In this document: one piece after another, positions 37,832 to 54,265 of the stretch
Layout of the letters: each line of letters opens with the position of its first letter
Position numbering within the stretch: position 1 is the stretch's first letter
DNA from: Callorhinchus milii
Lineage: Eukaryota
Assembly (NCBI RefSeq): GCF_018977255.1
Contig: NW_024704742.1
Location: 64,668,001-64,732,000 of the forward strand
Length of the DNA stretch: 64,000 bases
Direction: 5' to 3'
The notes under the pieces: model-generated
Databases searched by the model: none
The model's input: only the letters and a program-made list of their open reading frames with translations
Told to the model about the DNA's origin: nothing
Translations under genes and position numbers: made by a program

Positions 37832-39493
37832 TTAAATTTACAGAACTAAAACCAAACCAAGACCAAACTGGCGTTCATCAGCAAGTGGCATTTTGTTTTT
37901 CCTCATACTTTTTTAAGCCTTTTTTTAAAAACACTGAATCCAGAATGTTATTGGTGCTCTCAGTTATCTCTGGATAATTTAGAAACTAAGTAAAATTAGG
38001 CAAGTATTTTGACAATCAACCAAACTCTGCTATAACAATAGTAAAAAAGATGATATTGTGTATTTCCGCTTGCATCCAGCGAGTGCTGATGGCAGCAATT
38101 TTGCTCAGCAAGCGACACACTTAGTACACACATCAAACAATGGTCACCTTCAAAGGTTCAAAGAGAAATCACTTTTTCTACAGAAAATTCTGCAGAACAT
38201 GGGAACAATGCTTCCTTCCGCAGTTCAATAGGTATTGGAGATGCCACTTACAGTGACATCGGTGCTTGGCATGACCATGTTGAGCAAATACTCCTAAAGC
38301 TGTTTTGTGAGCTGAGCTGCTTCTGGTATATTGCCAGCAGTATAACAGTCCATGGTAGTAGAAGTAATCTCAATGAACTCTTATCCTACTTTGATGTCTG
38401 AAAACAGGGATTCCTGGGCAAATAAGCCAAGTTCCTGCAGGGAAAGCAATGATAGACTCAACTTATCGGAAAGTGTGATTGCTACAGCTTGAAAGTCCTC
38501 TGGGTTGAAAATCTTTACTGGGTGGAGAGAATTAGCTAAGTGTCCAAGGTCATGCTTAAATTGTATATTGTAATTTAATGTCACCAATTTGATTCATGAA
38601 AAATACCTGGCTGAGGCACAGAAAAAGCGTGTCCGAGGCAGAGAGAGGAAGGTAGGTAATGAGAGAGAGACTGACTTGAGAATCAGAAATTTGGAGAGTG
38701 AATAATCTCCAAATCACCTCAGAAAATTATACTGATCAGCTGAAAAGCTGTCTCTCTCTGCTTGCTTGCCAAAGCTAGCGGATACAGTGGTGTATCACAG
38801 AATGAAGCCTAGAGGAAATTAGTCTGCTATAAATGCAGCAAATCTTAAATATCTTATTTCACAGGATTTCTAACATCTTGGCCTTCTCCTTGGTTTTAAT
38901 TTCCTCACAGCCATGCTTCCTTCTCACCTTTTGCTTCACATTTTTGAAGTTTGACTCACATTGTTTCTGCTGTTTAACGCAGCCACTTGTAAGCAGCATT
39001 CTGATTCCCTGCTCACATCAACGGGAACCTGAGCCAAGACTTGTAGAATATAACCCAATCACTGTGACAAGGATATGCAGACACTTATACCAGAGTCACT
39101 TATTGGAAAAGAATGGCTGCACAACTCACACAGAAAAGGTACATGGGCCACCAGCTCATCACTCAACGAATCAGTTGAGTTACAGTGCCTACAGCCCATT
39201 AGTTCTGTTTGTAATTTTAATCCTTCCATTTGGTATAGCTCCTTAGTTTTTCTCCACAAGAGCCAACTAGTCTATTCCCATTCTCCGGCTTGTTCCCCTT
39301 TAATATTTTATAATTGACTTGAGATGGGAAGGGCTTCAGAATGAAGGTGGTTCCAAAGGACTACCGTTTTACCTTTATTATTATTATAGACTTCGGTTGA
39401 TCATCATTACTCACCTAATTTTACTCACTTTCTATTGAACCAAGAGACAATAGGGAACACTGATAACATTCTGGATTCAGCAAAAGTTGAGNA

Positions 39494-39751
<258 letters not shown>

Positions 39752-40167
39752 TCAAAATGAGGGAGGCAACAAGCCTTATCTTTTGGTTTGTCAGTGAAGG
39801 GGAGGGAGACTAGGGAGGTGCGGTGTGTGGAGGGGAAAGATGACCAAAATCAGAGGCATGGAGTTGCATCTTGAAGTGGACCTTGATGCAGAATTTTGGG
39901 AAAAAGATTCTTACATTTAGTTTTAATTTTGAAATTGTTTTTTCCTCAGCTCCTTTTGGGTACTTTGTTTTTAAGGCAAGGGATCTTAGGTTAAGATGTT
40001 GAGAAATTTGGGGATGTGAGCATTCAGGAAAATTAGCAACCCATTTTCAGCCAAAAGAATAAATCCAATGCCTTTTTGAATGTGAAATGTCTTGAGTTTA
40101 CCTTGGGTCCATATTAAAAACACATTTCCCTTTAACACAACATCGTAATGCAAAAAACATGTTTCAA

Positions 40168-40279
40168 TCGATCAATCAGTACACCTACTATTTCACTCGA
40201 TCAATCAGTACACCTACTATTTCACTCGATCAATCAGTACACCTACTATTTCACTCGATCAATCAGTACACCTACTATT
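40168..40279. repeat. 29-bp minisatellite, ~3.9 perfect copies (TCGATCAATCAGTACACCTACTATTTCAC)
   Basis: Units start at 40168, 40197, 40226 and 40255. Confidence 0.95.
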
Positions 40280-40915
40280 GTTGACAACTGGTCTAAATCA
40301 AAGGAAGATATTGATTGCATTTTAGTTATGTTTTTAGAAAAAAGCTCTTCACTCTATATATGCAACCCCACACACACACACACACACAATTATGCAACAC
40401 TATACAGCAGTAAGCTACTCAACTGTAATTTAATACAGAGGATCCAACAAGGTTACAAACTAAACATTAATCTGGGGAGCGTTACACAACTCAAGACTGC
40501 TATTGGCAGGGAAATGTCTAACTTCCTCAGCCATTGCACATGTTCAGCTCCTGCACTGGGATGCTGATATGAACAATATTACACTAACAAGTCTATGCTA
40601 AAATGTCAGGCAGTTTTACAATACCTATTAGCTACGTACTTACACATTTAAACAGTTTTACTTGTCCTAGCTTCCTCTTCCCTATTTCTGCAACTTATTT
40701 TCTTTTCTTTAACGTAACCTAAATTCTCTCTTCTGTACCTCGTTCTTAAAGAAATCTCCTTGTCATTCACCACCTTCCTTTTTGCTCTCACTATCCATTT
40801 TGGAGATGGGGGGTGCAAACTTACAAAAAATTAGCGGGGCTAAAAAATGGCTTCCGAGGGATTGTTTGTCAGTCAGTCGGAGTCTCAAACGCTAGAGATT
40901 TTCACAGATCGTGCC

Positions 40916-41281
40916 ATAATAATAATACTTGCATTTTGATATAGCTCCTTATCACATTGTTGAGATATCTCAAAGCTTTCACAGAGTATGCTGTAAAGTG
41001 AATTGACTCGATATTTTGTGGGTGAAACACAGTAGCTGATTGCGCACAGCAGTGTCCCACACAGTAGTGGATTGAGTGACCAAGGTTTTTTTGGGGGGGG
41101 AGGAGGAGGGATTATTACCCCTGGAAAGTGATCCACCAATCAACTAACAACCAGGTTCCTACTTACAGCTAAGTGAACAGAGTAAGGAAACTTGGCAAAG
41201 GATTTTCCCCGTCCAGGAATCAAACTTGTGTCCTCTCGCTTGCGAGGCGATCGTATTAACCACTATGCAACAAGACTCCGT
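40916..41281 (-). mobile_element. tRNA-SINE, long subfamily
   Basis: More diverged full-length copy. Confidence 0.85.
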
Positions 41282-42269
41282 AGAAGTAGACACGCCAGGT
41301 TCATACTTATGCTGTAGACATGGCGGATTGTAAATTGCAATTGTATGGGTATGACCTAAGGTTAAATTCTGGAGTGTNAAAAAAATCAAATCAGGATGAT
41401 CATTTTTCTTAATCTTAGAACAATAATTGGGTTGAATTTTTGTAACTTCAGTTTTGGATCGTCAAAGCCAACTAAATACAGGGGAGAAAAAACAGTTCAG
41501 GTTAAGGTTATCTAACATTTCAACAGGGTGGCAGGTTCACATTCCGAGATAACCAAGGTTTATTATTTTCCTTTATCCCTAAAGGATAAAATATGGGTCT
41601 GAAAGAGGATGCTATAAGGGTACACATGCTAAAATTCCATCCTTCAGATGTTAAAAATCGTGTGGCCCTATTCAAAAAGAGAAGGGAGCTTCTTCTGTTA
41701 TCCTGGCCAACAATCTCCTCAAATAAAACCAGTCATTCACGTCAAAGCTATTTATGGGATATTGGTGTGGACATATTTGCTGCATTGTTTGAATAAAAAG
41801 TCACTAAATTTACAGTGAATTCTGTAAAGCGCTTTGAAATATCCTCCTGACGTGAAAAGCGCTTCATCAAATGTTGTGTTTACTAATTTTTTATGCTCTT
41901 AAAATTTTAAAACTGCAGAAGTTTTGAATCAATTTATATTTTAAAGGTTGCAAATCGTGGAGAATTACACATTTGTACAGTACCTATTAAGCATCAAATA
42001 TTTATAATTGAAGTTGCTAGTCCCACAGTCGCTGAACTTGATGCCTCTCGATCAGACTCACACAGGTTCTCACGTCACTCATGCTCTCTGCCCTGGTTTA
42101 ACCACCTGTTAGCAAGACTGTCACGTGCATCCTGAGGCAGGAAAGGAAAGCCACCACAAGAGAAACCGGACCCGGCTCAACTCTCAATTACTGAAACCGA
42201 ACGAAGATAGGAAAATAAAGGGAAGATGATCCTCTCAACACCACCAGTCCCACAATTGGGGCCAGTTTA

Positions 42270-42443
<174 letters not shown>

Positions 42444-42477
42444 TTACATTGGATAGTCACAAAGTCCTTTCTGGATG

Positions 42478-42939
<462 letters not shown>

Positions 42940-43995
42940 TCAAAAATAATATCTTGCCTTTCACGTAAATAAGTGCTTTGAAGCTTTTTACAAAACACAA
43001 TTAATGAAAAATAAAAGTAATGTTCTTAAGCAGTTTAAAGATTAAACAAGATAGGGTTCTTCAGTCTTGAAAGGAGATGTTAAATTGGATGCAAAATGTA
43101 AACTTAGAATAATACTTTCAGATGCACCAAGGCATTAGAACAAATGGATGGACACAGGCTTAGAGTTGCAAAGGGTAATTTCAGGACAGATACTAGGAAG
43201 TATTCCCAGGGGTAATTACCTACTGGAACAGGTTACCAGGAAGGGTGGTTGAGGCCATTTTTTTCATTTAAAATGTTGGGATGATGCTAGCACGTATATT
43301 CTGAAAGGTTTGGATCAAATAGGCCAAAGAGTCTTTCTCATGCAAACCAGTCTTGTGATCAACGAGCAAAAAGCACATTTTGTATGTTATCATTGGACAG
43401 ATTTATTAAGTTTGCTGTCAATTTTTATAATTCTACCATGACAAAGTCACATTGTTTTACTGCAGATCAGCTCATTTTGCCTGCAAACAATGCCAGTAAA
43501 GCAACAATCTCCCAATCAATAAACACATTAGCACCATCCCACTAATTGCTTTGTAGTTAAATGTACTACATTCCAGTACTGAGCATACAGGTCAAAATGG
43601 CCCCAGATTCAATATCTAATGCATGTTGAATAACCTCATCTGAACCAGAGCAGTGTTGGGAACATTACAATTGGCCTTGTTGTCCCTGGGATAAGAACGT
43701 GGAAAATATAAATAAATGGGACCCTCCACTGCTGATCACTTGTCACTGACCCCAAAGGCTGACAGTGCATGTACTTGAATCTCTTGATTGTAGCAGATAT
43801 GTCCAAAAAGCAGAAACATCCATAGAAACAAAGGCAGAGAGAGGAAAAAGTAATCACAAGTCAGGTTTAATAGCTCGGTGAGCAGAGAACACAGTTTCTA
43901 AGAAAAAAAATCCATTGAAATTGGACAAAGATAATTTGATTCTTTAATTGATGTAGATTCACCCAAGTAACTGCAAGTAAGAAGTCTTCTGTTTA

Positions 43996-44118
<123 letters not shown>

Positions 44119-44791
44119 TTAATCAAAAGAAATGAGGTCACTCATTTCATGGCTGTTTGGGGTGCATTAACATGCACAAATAGGCTGCCCCGTTTGTCTA
44201 CAAATTTACATTCACTTCACAATGCAATAATTCTTGTTAAGTGTTTTGAGATGTAAGTGGTACAAGGATTATTATTATATTATTTGGTGTGGCCCATTCT
44301 GAACTGATCCACTCTGAATCACTCTATACAGTAGGTTGAATAAGGATGCAACAGGATTTTGAAGGAGTCGGAAAGAAAAAGAAAATTACAGCATGATCCT
44401 GCTCTATGGAACCCACTCCCTCCCCAAATCCCTTCTAATTGCTTATTCTCTCCCTAACTTCAAAAAACATTTATAGAACCCCTCTGTTTGACCAGGCATT
44501 TGATGAACACCCTTCAATTCTGCTCTCTCAATCTTCCCTGTTATCTCTGTAGAGCATTTGAGACATTCCTCCTCCATCAAAGGAGCTATAAGTACAAGAG
44601 CAAATCATTGTTTTGGAATGTAACCACAGCACATTACTTGTCCAGCTTAGCTCATCCTACCAGTTAGGGCTGTGGCTCACAGTGATGAGGATGTAGCCAC
44701 ATCATGATGTCTCAGTGAAGAGACATGTCTGCTCAACCAAAAATTCCTGGATTACTGTAGTTCAGCCCCTAGAACATCCACCTTACCCTTA

Positions 44792-44817
44792 CCCCCCCCC
44801 CCCCCCCCCCCCCCCCC
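44792..44817. repeat. Poly-C run (26 nt; poly-G in the GRK4 pre-mRNA)
   Basis: Visible directly in the sequence. Confidence 0.85.
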
Positions 44818-45317
44818 GTGCCCCAACTAAAGAAGTTTTCTTCATAAAGAACAACGGCTGTAATCCAAAATGCTCAGCAAGTAGATCCACTCAGTAGCTG
44901 AGCCAAGCAAGACTTTGTCAGTCACTTAAAAGGCTATCTCAATTTTCGAGTGTGGGAGCAGTGGACACAGAGCAAGTGGGAGATTTTCTTTTTGAGGTAA
45001 CCAAATACACAGCAGAGGTTCTCTCAGATGTTTGACAGTAGGAAAATGTTCCTGTGTTGAATCTCCAGCACGGGCAGAATTAGCTGATCTGAGTTGGGAC
45101 AGCAGTAAAGGTCTCAGCTCTCATGTGAGAGACAGAAAAGTTAACGTGGGTTGCCTCCCCTGATCACTGCACAGCGATTCTTGCTGAAAGGTTTGCAAGT
45201 GTGGATGTCGGTCAAGAACAGGGTCAGGGTCAAGCTCTCCACTGAATTACCTCCTTTCTCCCAATCTCCTACAGTCAAGTCACCTAAGACAATTTATTAC
45301 AAGTTAAAGAGTCTTAC

Positions 45318-45355
45318 CGTGATCATCCAAAAGAATATTTTCTGGCTTTAAATCT
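45318..45355 (-). CDS. GRK4: GRK4 exon 10 (38 nt): DLKPENILLDDH
   Basis: ccctag acceptor and gtaaga donor; catalytic loop RDLKPEN. Confidence 0.95.
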
Positions 45356-48300
45356 CTAGGGAAGGAAAGAAAAACATCCAATAAACGTCTGGCAAGGAAA
45401 TGAAAATCTGCATTGAACTATTAACAGCATCAGTCTTTCGCATTTAGGAAACTTTTGCAGAAAGTTGAATGAAAATAAAATCTTAGTATTTCATTACATG
45501 TAAAACACCTCCTTCCTGACCATGCCAAATGCAAGGATTATTATCATCTCCACCTGGCTTACAAATACAGCTAGGGCAGACAGACTGCTGGTTGTAAAAT
45601 AGAGGTAGGCATTTAGTTGTGGGTATCATATCTTACAGTATAGAAGGGAGCCATTCTGCCCATGATGCCTATCCCACTCCCCCGCTCGTTCCCCATAGTC
45701 TTGCAAATTTTGATGGAAAACAAATTGCCGGCCAGATTAACTGCTGATCTGCACCAGCCTGAAATGACTATTATTAGATTTAGAGATACATCGAAAGGAA
45801 TGGCAAAATGGATGGGTAGAACAGATTAATCAATGTTCAAAGCTGCCTAAAATTGTTGCCGTGGCACTATCTATCTTCTGATAATCTAACAGTCTCATCT
45901 AGCCACCAACAGTTCAGTCCTTGGTTCTGACTGTATTCCCCTTTTGAACCTTTTCGTCCATTCCCTAGCACATGTCTAAGTGCAGTCGCTGTGATCGTGA
46001 ACAAGTATTGGGCGATTATATCTAAGTGTTGCAAACAAGCCATACAGCGTAGAAACGTTGTAGGTCTAATGCTGTTCTATGCTGAGCTAGCTGATTTAGC
46101 CTGGCCACCAGTAGGCGTACTGCGATTGTCCTTCGTGGGGGATGTGAAAAAAAGTGAGCGAGATAACCTCCTTCAGGTGAGACATTAAATTGAGGCCCCA
46201 TCAGCCTGTTCAGGTGTTTCTTCCAGTGTCCTGGTCAACAATATTGTAAAGGAAAGTAGTTGGTTAGACGCCAGCAGTTACCCCAACACACACTCTGGGG
46301 TCCCCAAGCCTTGGCTCTTGTCAACCTGTGCCTAATATTTCCCCGAATTAGGAAAGCAGGATGTGTCCCTCCAGGGAGAGAGTCACATTCCATTCCAGCA
46401 ATCTGTCTCTGGGAATTCCATGTGTAGGTGGGATGCCTGGAAATCTCAGCTTGGTTTGGATACTCTTAAGCATGGGGATGGGTTTCCGCATGTGTCAAAA
46501 AAACAGGAAAACAGCCATACCCTCGCTTACTATGCATGCTCAAAATAAAACTCACTTATGTAAAGAGATTGAGATATGAACATTGAGGACAGAACAAATA
46601 TCCCAGACGGAGGCAAAAAAAAAGACCTCCAACTGGACTTCAGTGAGACACTCAAGACTGACTCAGTAAAGACTTCTCCTTAGGTATACGAACATAAGCA
46701 TTTGCTGGCAAAAGAAGACTAAGGTCCATCTAGTTTGCCTTCCACCATCCTGGCTGTCGCTTGACATGTCATGTCCCAAACTATACACTGTATCCCGAGA
46801 TATTAATTTCTAGCAGAAATCTATTTAATTTGTTCTTGAAACAAACAACATTTTCTGCTTCCACTGTCTGTCTCCCTAGAGAGCTTATTCCATAAGTTTA
46901 CTACTCGCTCATTGAAGCAGTGTTTCCACAGATTTACCTCCCCCTTCAAACGCAGGTCGTGTACTCTGGTTCTGCTGTCCAGATAAAACAGCTTATGGTT
47001 AATTGCATAATTATAACCACCCATAACTCACTATGTGCACATGCTTTTACACAACACGTAGAACAGGCCCAGCCCCCAGCCAACTGCTGGGGGCTGGACC
47101 AGGACACTATTCTGATATAAAAGAAAAACACAAAGCACTTCTCTGTAACCAGGATTATACAAACACCAGGATAACATTTTGGACTCTGTTTACCTAATTC
47201 CGGAGAGTATTATGCACAAACTGGTAAGAGCCAGTTTGAAAGCAAATAAAGGCTCTTAAAAAGGCACTAATTTTCCTATTTGATAATGGATGCACTCTGA
47301 TACATGAGGAGGTAACAAAACCATAAGAATTTTTAAAAGCTTCAGGACATTATGTGTTACTTCAGTCTGTTTCTTGAAACTGAAAACAGGTCCTTCTCTG
47401 CAGTGTTTACTTTCACCACAAGAGGATGCTGGTGTGCTTTACCTGGATAGCTTCCCACTCCACCCAAAGCAATAATTTTCTAAAATGCCATTATGCCACT
47501 GCAGGCGCACATTCACTTCTATATATAACAAACATTTCATTTCAATAAATTTGTGACAGCTCTGACTGGTGACCAGGCTAAATGAACAACCAGCGACTAT
47601 CCACCTTGGGGTGGGTGGAGAGTGAGCAAAGTCTCCTTGGGGCTGGCACGCTCAGCAATCAAATGCTGGAATCATGTCAATCCTCCGTGGCGGAAATGTG
47701 GTTTAGAAACATAGAAACAGAAGTATAGGCCATTCAGCCTCTCGGGCCTGATCCACCATTCTGGTGTCAGAGCTCGCAGGAAGGTGTCTCAACATGTTTC
47801 ACAAGATTTTCTGGAAAGTATAGCGACTGTATATTTTTTTACACACATCCTGGGGTCACCCAATAGACTTGGTAATACACCTGCGAACCTCTAAAGTTCT
47901 ATTTCAGAGACAAGGAAATTTCCATGGGTCAGTAGCATGCATGGGTGAACACGCCAGTCAATTTTGCACACAGCAATGTACCAGCAAGCATCTATACCGT
48001 GTCCTTTACGCGGGCAGCATCTCGGAGCTCTTAATAGTGGTGTAGCTTAACACCGAGGTGGGGGGAGGGTGGAGGTGACCGTAAGCATAGTCAGAGAGAA
48101 AAGTCTTTAGGTGGGATTGAGGCAGAGTTCACGGCTTTTGAGGACTTAGTGGTTTAAAGCACAGCCAACCGAGGGGATAAGAGACATGTAGAAGGCCGGA
48201 GTGGGGTGTAAGCATGTCAGCGAGGTAGGGAGATTTTGGGCATTAAGTGATTTTACGGATGGTGGAGCTGAGGACATTGGCATGGAGGACATCAGAAAAA

Positions 48301-48548
48301 TTGAGGTGACACCAACACAATACAATGGTCAAGTGGCCTTCCACTGGGTTGCTGATTTGTCTGGTGCACAGGTACATTGCATACACTAGGTCAATTATGT
48401 TTTCGTTACTCCCATCTCACTTTAGGATTTCAGGTTTCAAAGTAAGATTGTAGTATATTGGTCATTATAACAGCATCTGTATAACAATAGTTCAATTTAA
48501 TAGGACTTATGATGCTCTCCTGGAACAAATTAAGGGAAATAGTTGTTA

Positions 48549-48740
<192 letters not shown>

Positions 48741-50207
48741 CTAGAAATCCAAACAAAACAGAGACAGTTCTGATTAAGAATCAAAATAGCTGCTCACACA
48801 AGATAAATATACATATGTACAGTTTTTCACAATTTTCTATTCACTGGTGATTCTTGTCGAGATAATTGGTAACAATTTCTGTCCATTCCTTCGATGTATA
48901 TATCTCTAAATCTGATAACCTTGAGTAAACAGTTTTACTGTGGACCTGTTCAAACAATTACAACAGCAACTTGCATTTATATACAAGATTACATTTGTAT
49001 AGCGCCATAGCACCCTTCACACAGGGTAGCCTCTCAGAGTGCTTTAGCTAATCAATATGTATAATACATTGGAATTTATCGATTTGCGGACACACGATTT
49101 GTAGATTTCTTTTTGTTTGATTTCAATATTTGAGTTTATCTAAAGTGGCCAGTTAATTCGCCTATTGAATTAAGCAATTAATACATTAAGGTCACATCCA
49201 ATGGCTTCAGTGGCACAGAGGCAGACAGACCAGCAATGTCAACGATTTCATCTCTAGCCTGTGCTGAGTTAACTCAGGTGTGATGAAAGGACACAATAAT
49301 TTGCATTTGTAGGGTGGCTTTCAAATAGGGCAACGTCTTAAAGCCCCTTTACAAAGACAGTGCCAGACAATGAATAGGTAGTGTGTGAGAGAAGACATGT
49401 GACTGCAGGCACAGTCTAACATTAGGCTTCCAAGAGTCTTTTGAAGAGAGATACAGAGGGGATGAAGTGGAGGGATTTAGGGAGGGAGTTCCAGAGGTTA
49501 GGGGCATAGTGGCTAAAGGCTCTGACACCAATAGTGAGGCAGAGGGGTGGAGGGGTGAAGGAATACTCAATAGCCAGCTTGTCAAGTGGAACAATTAAGC
49601 AGGAGAGCAAGTCCGCTGCATAATTATGAGGTAAGGAAATATAGATAGAACAATTCTTCGTTTAAAAATCATTTGCTGGATTCATTTTTGAATGTTCCAA
49701 GATGAACTAAACGTAACAAAGGTAATTTTTTTCTCAACACAACTTTAGAGATGTGTCACATTATTTTCTTAATGAAAAAGTAAGGTGTTATAAGGGAATC
49801 AGTTTATAACACCCCCCTCCCCCTCCCCCAGTATTAGTGCTCACTTACAGCACTGGACTGCAAGTATAGAGTAAATACACTTGGCTTCAGGTCCTGCACC
49901 AACAAATAACTGACCTTTAGGTCTGTCAGTCACTGCTGTTATTTCTTATGTGTTGTGCATGCCTCTGTTCACAGTGAGCACCGTTGGCTAACAGCATAAG
50001 GAAGCGAAATCAGCAACGTTTCCTGCGGGTAGCTCACAAACGGTGCACAGGATGGGACGTCAGTGGTGCTTCCTGTTCATCGTGACAACCCGAAAACTAT
50101 TGAATAGTGTGGGATACAGTATATAGTTTGGGACATGACATGCGACTGCCAGGATGGTGGAAGGCGAACTGGATGGATCTTGGTTTTCTTTCGTCTAGCA
50201 ATTCTTA

Positions 50208-50567
<360 letters not shown>

Positions 50568-50574
50568 TTATTTA

Positions 50575-50755
50575 AAATAATACTTGCATTTGATACAGCG
50601 CCTTATCACGTCGTTGAGATGTCTCAAAGCGCTTCACAGAATAAACTGTAAAGTGAATTGACTGTATATTTTGTGGGCGAAACACGGCAGCCAATTGCGC
50701 ACAGCAGTGTCCCACGAACAGTCGTGGATTGAAATGACCAAATTATTATTCATTT
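50575..50755 (-). mobile_element. 5'-truncated tRNA-SINE (body and tail) just upstream of the GRK4 exon 8 acceptor
   Basis: Matches the SINE 3' half. Confidence 0.8.
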
Positions 50756-51819
50756 ATTTGAAAATACAGTAAACTCCTAATACATCATCACCCCAGGAGA
50801 AAAGAGCTCAGTGACAATATCCGGGATGACAACATGGGCACGAGTTCTCCGTGGCAGGTTAGAGCGCTGTGGTCAGGAGGACCTACGCCAACACATCGCT
50901 CCTGCATCCAGTGAGCAGCTGTCAGTATAATAGAACAGCTACATTTATTTATTAAAACATGTTTAAGTTAAGTACAGTATAAGGGTCTGTATAGACATAT
51001 GTGTCTACAAAAATGTTTTTGCTCATTTTAACAACCTCACTCAGACTTTAGCAATCAGGCAGAACCTCACAGAAGGCAAGATCTGACATTTCTACTCAGA
51101 GAGATCTTTACTACAACAGTCACAACAGCAGATGGTTGAGGGTGAGCTTTACCTGCAGTGCAGGCTGCTCGTCACGAGAGTTCACTGAGCGTCCCCAGCA
51201 CGTGACACGGTTAGCTGAGCTAAGTGTTTTCCAATGGTATATCTGATATTTTACTTACTGGGTTGTATGGATGAGACTTTATACATTATAAGTGAGTGAT
51301 GAGATAAAGGGGGTACATCCCTTATTCACATTTTGCATTGGAACAGCTGGGATATTGACAGCACGATGCTATAAGCCATGTGATGAGATACGCCAAGGTT
51401 TTATTGGCTTATCTCTCCCCAAATCACCCATTCCACAAATCATAGCTTGACTGGGATGGGCAACTGATTGTGGTTTTGATCAGCTGGGTGTCTGACACAT
51501 GCACAAACGCTTCACTGTGGTTAAGAGTATCCAAACCAGATGGACAGCTCCACATGCATACGCCACCTACACATGGAAATTTCCCTGCGGCTGGAAATGG
51601 AATGTGCACCCTCTCCCTGGAGAGACGCCTCCTAGTTAGTTAATTCTGGAGAGGATCAAGTACAGGCTAGTGAGAGCAACTGATCAACCTGTGGCCCTGT
51701 GAACCAGTCAGTTGGATTGAGTGTTTTGGTTTACCCTACAACAAAGGCTTTCATTCTTGTGAGAAAGTCGGTTCCTTTACCAGTGGGAGAAATATACATG
51801 CAAAAATCATAATAATATA

Positions 51820-52090
51820 GTAATAATCCTTGCATTTTATCACAATGTTGAGACGCCTCAAAGTGCTTCATAGAATGTAATACAAAGTCAATTGACTGTA
51901 TTTTTGGGGCGAAATGTGGCAACCAATTGCACACAGCAGTTTCCCACAAAAAGTCGCGTGTTGAGTAACCAATTTTTTTGAGGGATTATTAACCCCGGAA
52001 AGAGATCCACCAATCAACCAACAACCAGGTTCCTCCTTACTGCAGAGGCGTGTGCAATAAGGAAAGTTGGCTCAGGTTTTGCCCTACCTA
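51820..52090 (-). mobile_element. tRNA-SINE, long subfamily, head truncated
   Basis: Matches the 18408 and 40916 copies. Confidence 0.8.
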
Positions 52091-52319
52091 CAAATCCCAG
52101 AATTCAAGGAATCCTTTATTGAACACAAAGTTGTTTTGGCACTCACTAAAACAGAGTTAAAGCAGCCTCTAATTTTCCTTACACCAGGAGTCAAACACAG
52201 AGCTGCACTAAGACTAATGTGAGGCATGGGATGAACACTCATCCTTAATCAACGGGTTTGCAATAGGGGAACGGGGCCTACATTGGCTCGCGCCAGCGCC
52301 TCTGCACCTCAGAATCTGG

Positions 52320-52850
52320 CAGCATCAACCTCCATGGTTGCTCACTACAACTCAACAAGCCAGTCAGGAACCTAGGCATCCTGTTCGACCCTTAACTGTC
52401 TTTTCTTCCGCACATCCAAGCCATGACCCACTCTGCCTTCCCTCACCTCCGTAACATCGCCTGACTCCTCCACTACCTCACCCCTCAGGCCGCTGAAACT
52501 CTTGTTCATGCCTTCATCACCTCCAGGCTCGACTATGCAAACGCTCTGCTTGTCGGCCTTCCCAACTCCTCCCTCCACAGGCTGCAGATAATTCAGAACT
52601 CTGCAGCCCATGTCCTCTCCAGCACCAAACTCTGTGACCCCATCTCCCCCACTCTCGCCTGACTCCATTGGCTTCCACCTCAAGACCATCCTCTTCGACC
52701 ATGCCATCACCCACCCTCCTTTCCCTCCCCTCCCTTCTCCCCCCCACCCCCCCGACCCCAGCTCGGGTCTGAAATGCTGTACACTGTCCAGCGCCTTGGG
52801 ACGTCTTCCCAACGTGAAAGGCGCTATACAAATGTAATCTTGTTGTTGCA
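52320..52850 (+). mobile_element. L2 LINE fragment
   Basis: NLGILFD and LVHAFITSRLDYANALL motifs; L2 tail. Confidence 0.85.
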
Positions 52851-52881
52851 TTGGAAATGGCATCTCTTGAGAAAACAGTCA

Positions 52882-53142
<261 letters not shown>

Positions 53143-53595
53143 TCACAATATTCATCCAGTAAGCAAGGTGAATTCTAAAATGAATCAAGTTACATACTCA
53201 ACTGAAAACAAGTGAGTTGACACATGTTGAAGGAGTGAGTGTGTGCGTGTGTGTGGGATGGTGGGGGAGAGAGGAATGTGAGAAGGAGTCATAGCTGGGG
53301 CAGTCTGTTTGGTTTGCACATCAGCAAATCAGGGTGGAGGTGAGGAATAGAGAGCTGGACCCAACACGGAAGTCAAAATAGCCCATTACTATGAAAGAGG
53401 AGTTGAGAGGATAGAGGGCAACAATTACAAGCCCCACCTCTTTTACTCTCTATTCTCCCCCCCACCCCCCCACACACACATACACAGTAACTCCAAGAAG
53501 TGCTAATTGTCTAACCAGGGAGTTTCTGGAGATGCCTGGAGGTTAAATGCAACTAAACAGACTCCCACATAGACTTTAGACATCATACATGATAT

Positions 53596-53917
53596 TGTGG
53601 AATCCTGTAGCTCAGTGGTTAGAGCACTCGCTTTGCAAGTGAGAGACCCGAGTTCAATTCCAGACAGGGCAAACCTTGGGCAAGTTTCCTTACTCCACAC
53701 GCCTAATAATAATCCCTCCAAAAAAACAAAAACAATAATAAATTGGTCATTTTCAATCTACGACGGTTTGTGAGACATTGCTGTGCGCAATTGGCTGCCG
53801 CGTTCGCCCACAAATATACAGTCAATTCACTTTACAGTGTGTTCTGTGAAGCGCTTTGGGACGTCCTCCCGACGTGAAAAGCACGATATCAAATGCAAGA
53901 ATTATTATTATTATTAT
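53596..53917 (+). mobile_element. Young tRNA-SINE, short subfamily
   Basis: Full-length copy with ATT tail; followed by a CR1 3' fragment. Confidence 0.9.
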
Positions 53918-54121
53918 GAGGGAGAAGGGAATAGAGGGTATAGGTGAATGGAATAGGAGGGGTGGAGGCTTGTGTGGAGTATGGGCACCAGTATGGACTA
54001 GTTGTGCCTAATTGCCTGTTTCCATGCTGTATTGCTCTACATAACTCTATGCCACATCAGGAAGGACACATCAATTGGGACACAGCTGTTGGTGTTCAAG
54101 AAGAAAACAAGATAGGCTTTA

Positions 54122-54265
<144 letters not shown>

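Noticed and set aside
40168..40279. CRISPR-like 29-bp repeats
   Set aside because: Head-to-tail tandem copies without spacers, no cas genes, vertebrate intron.
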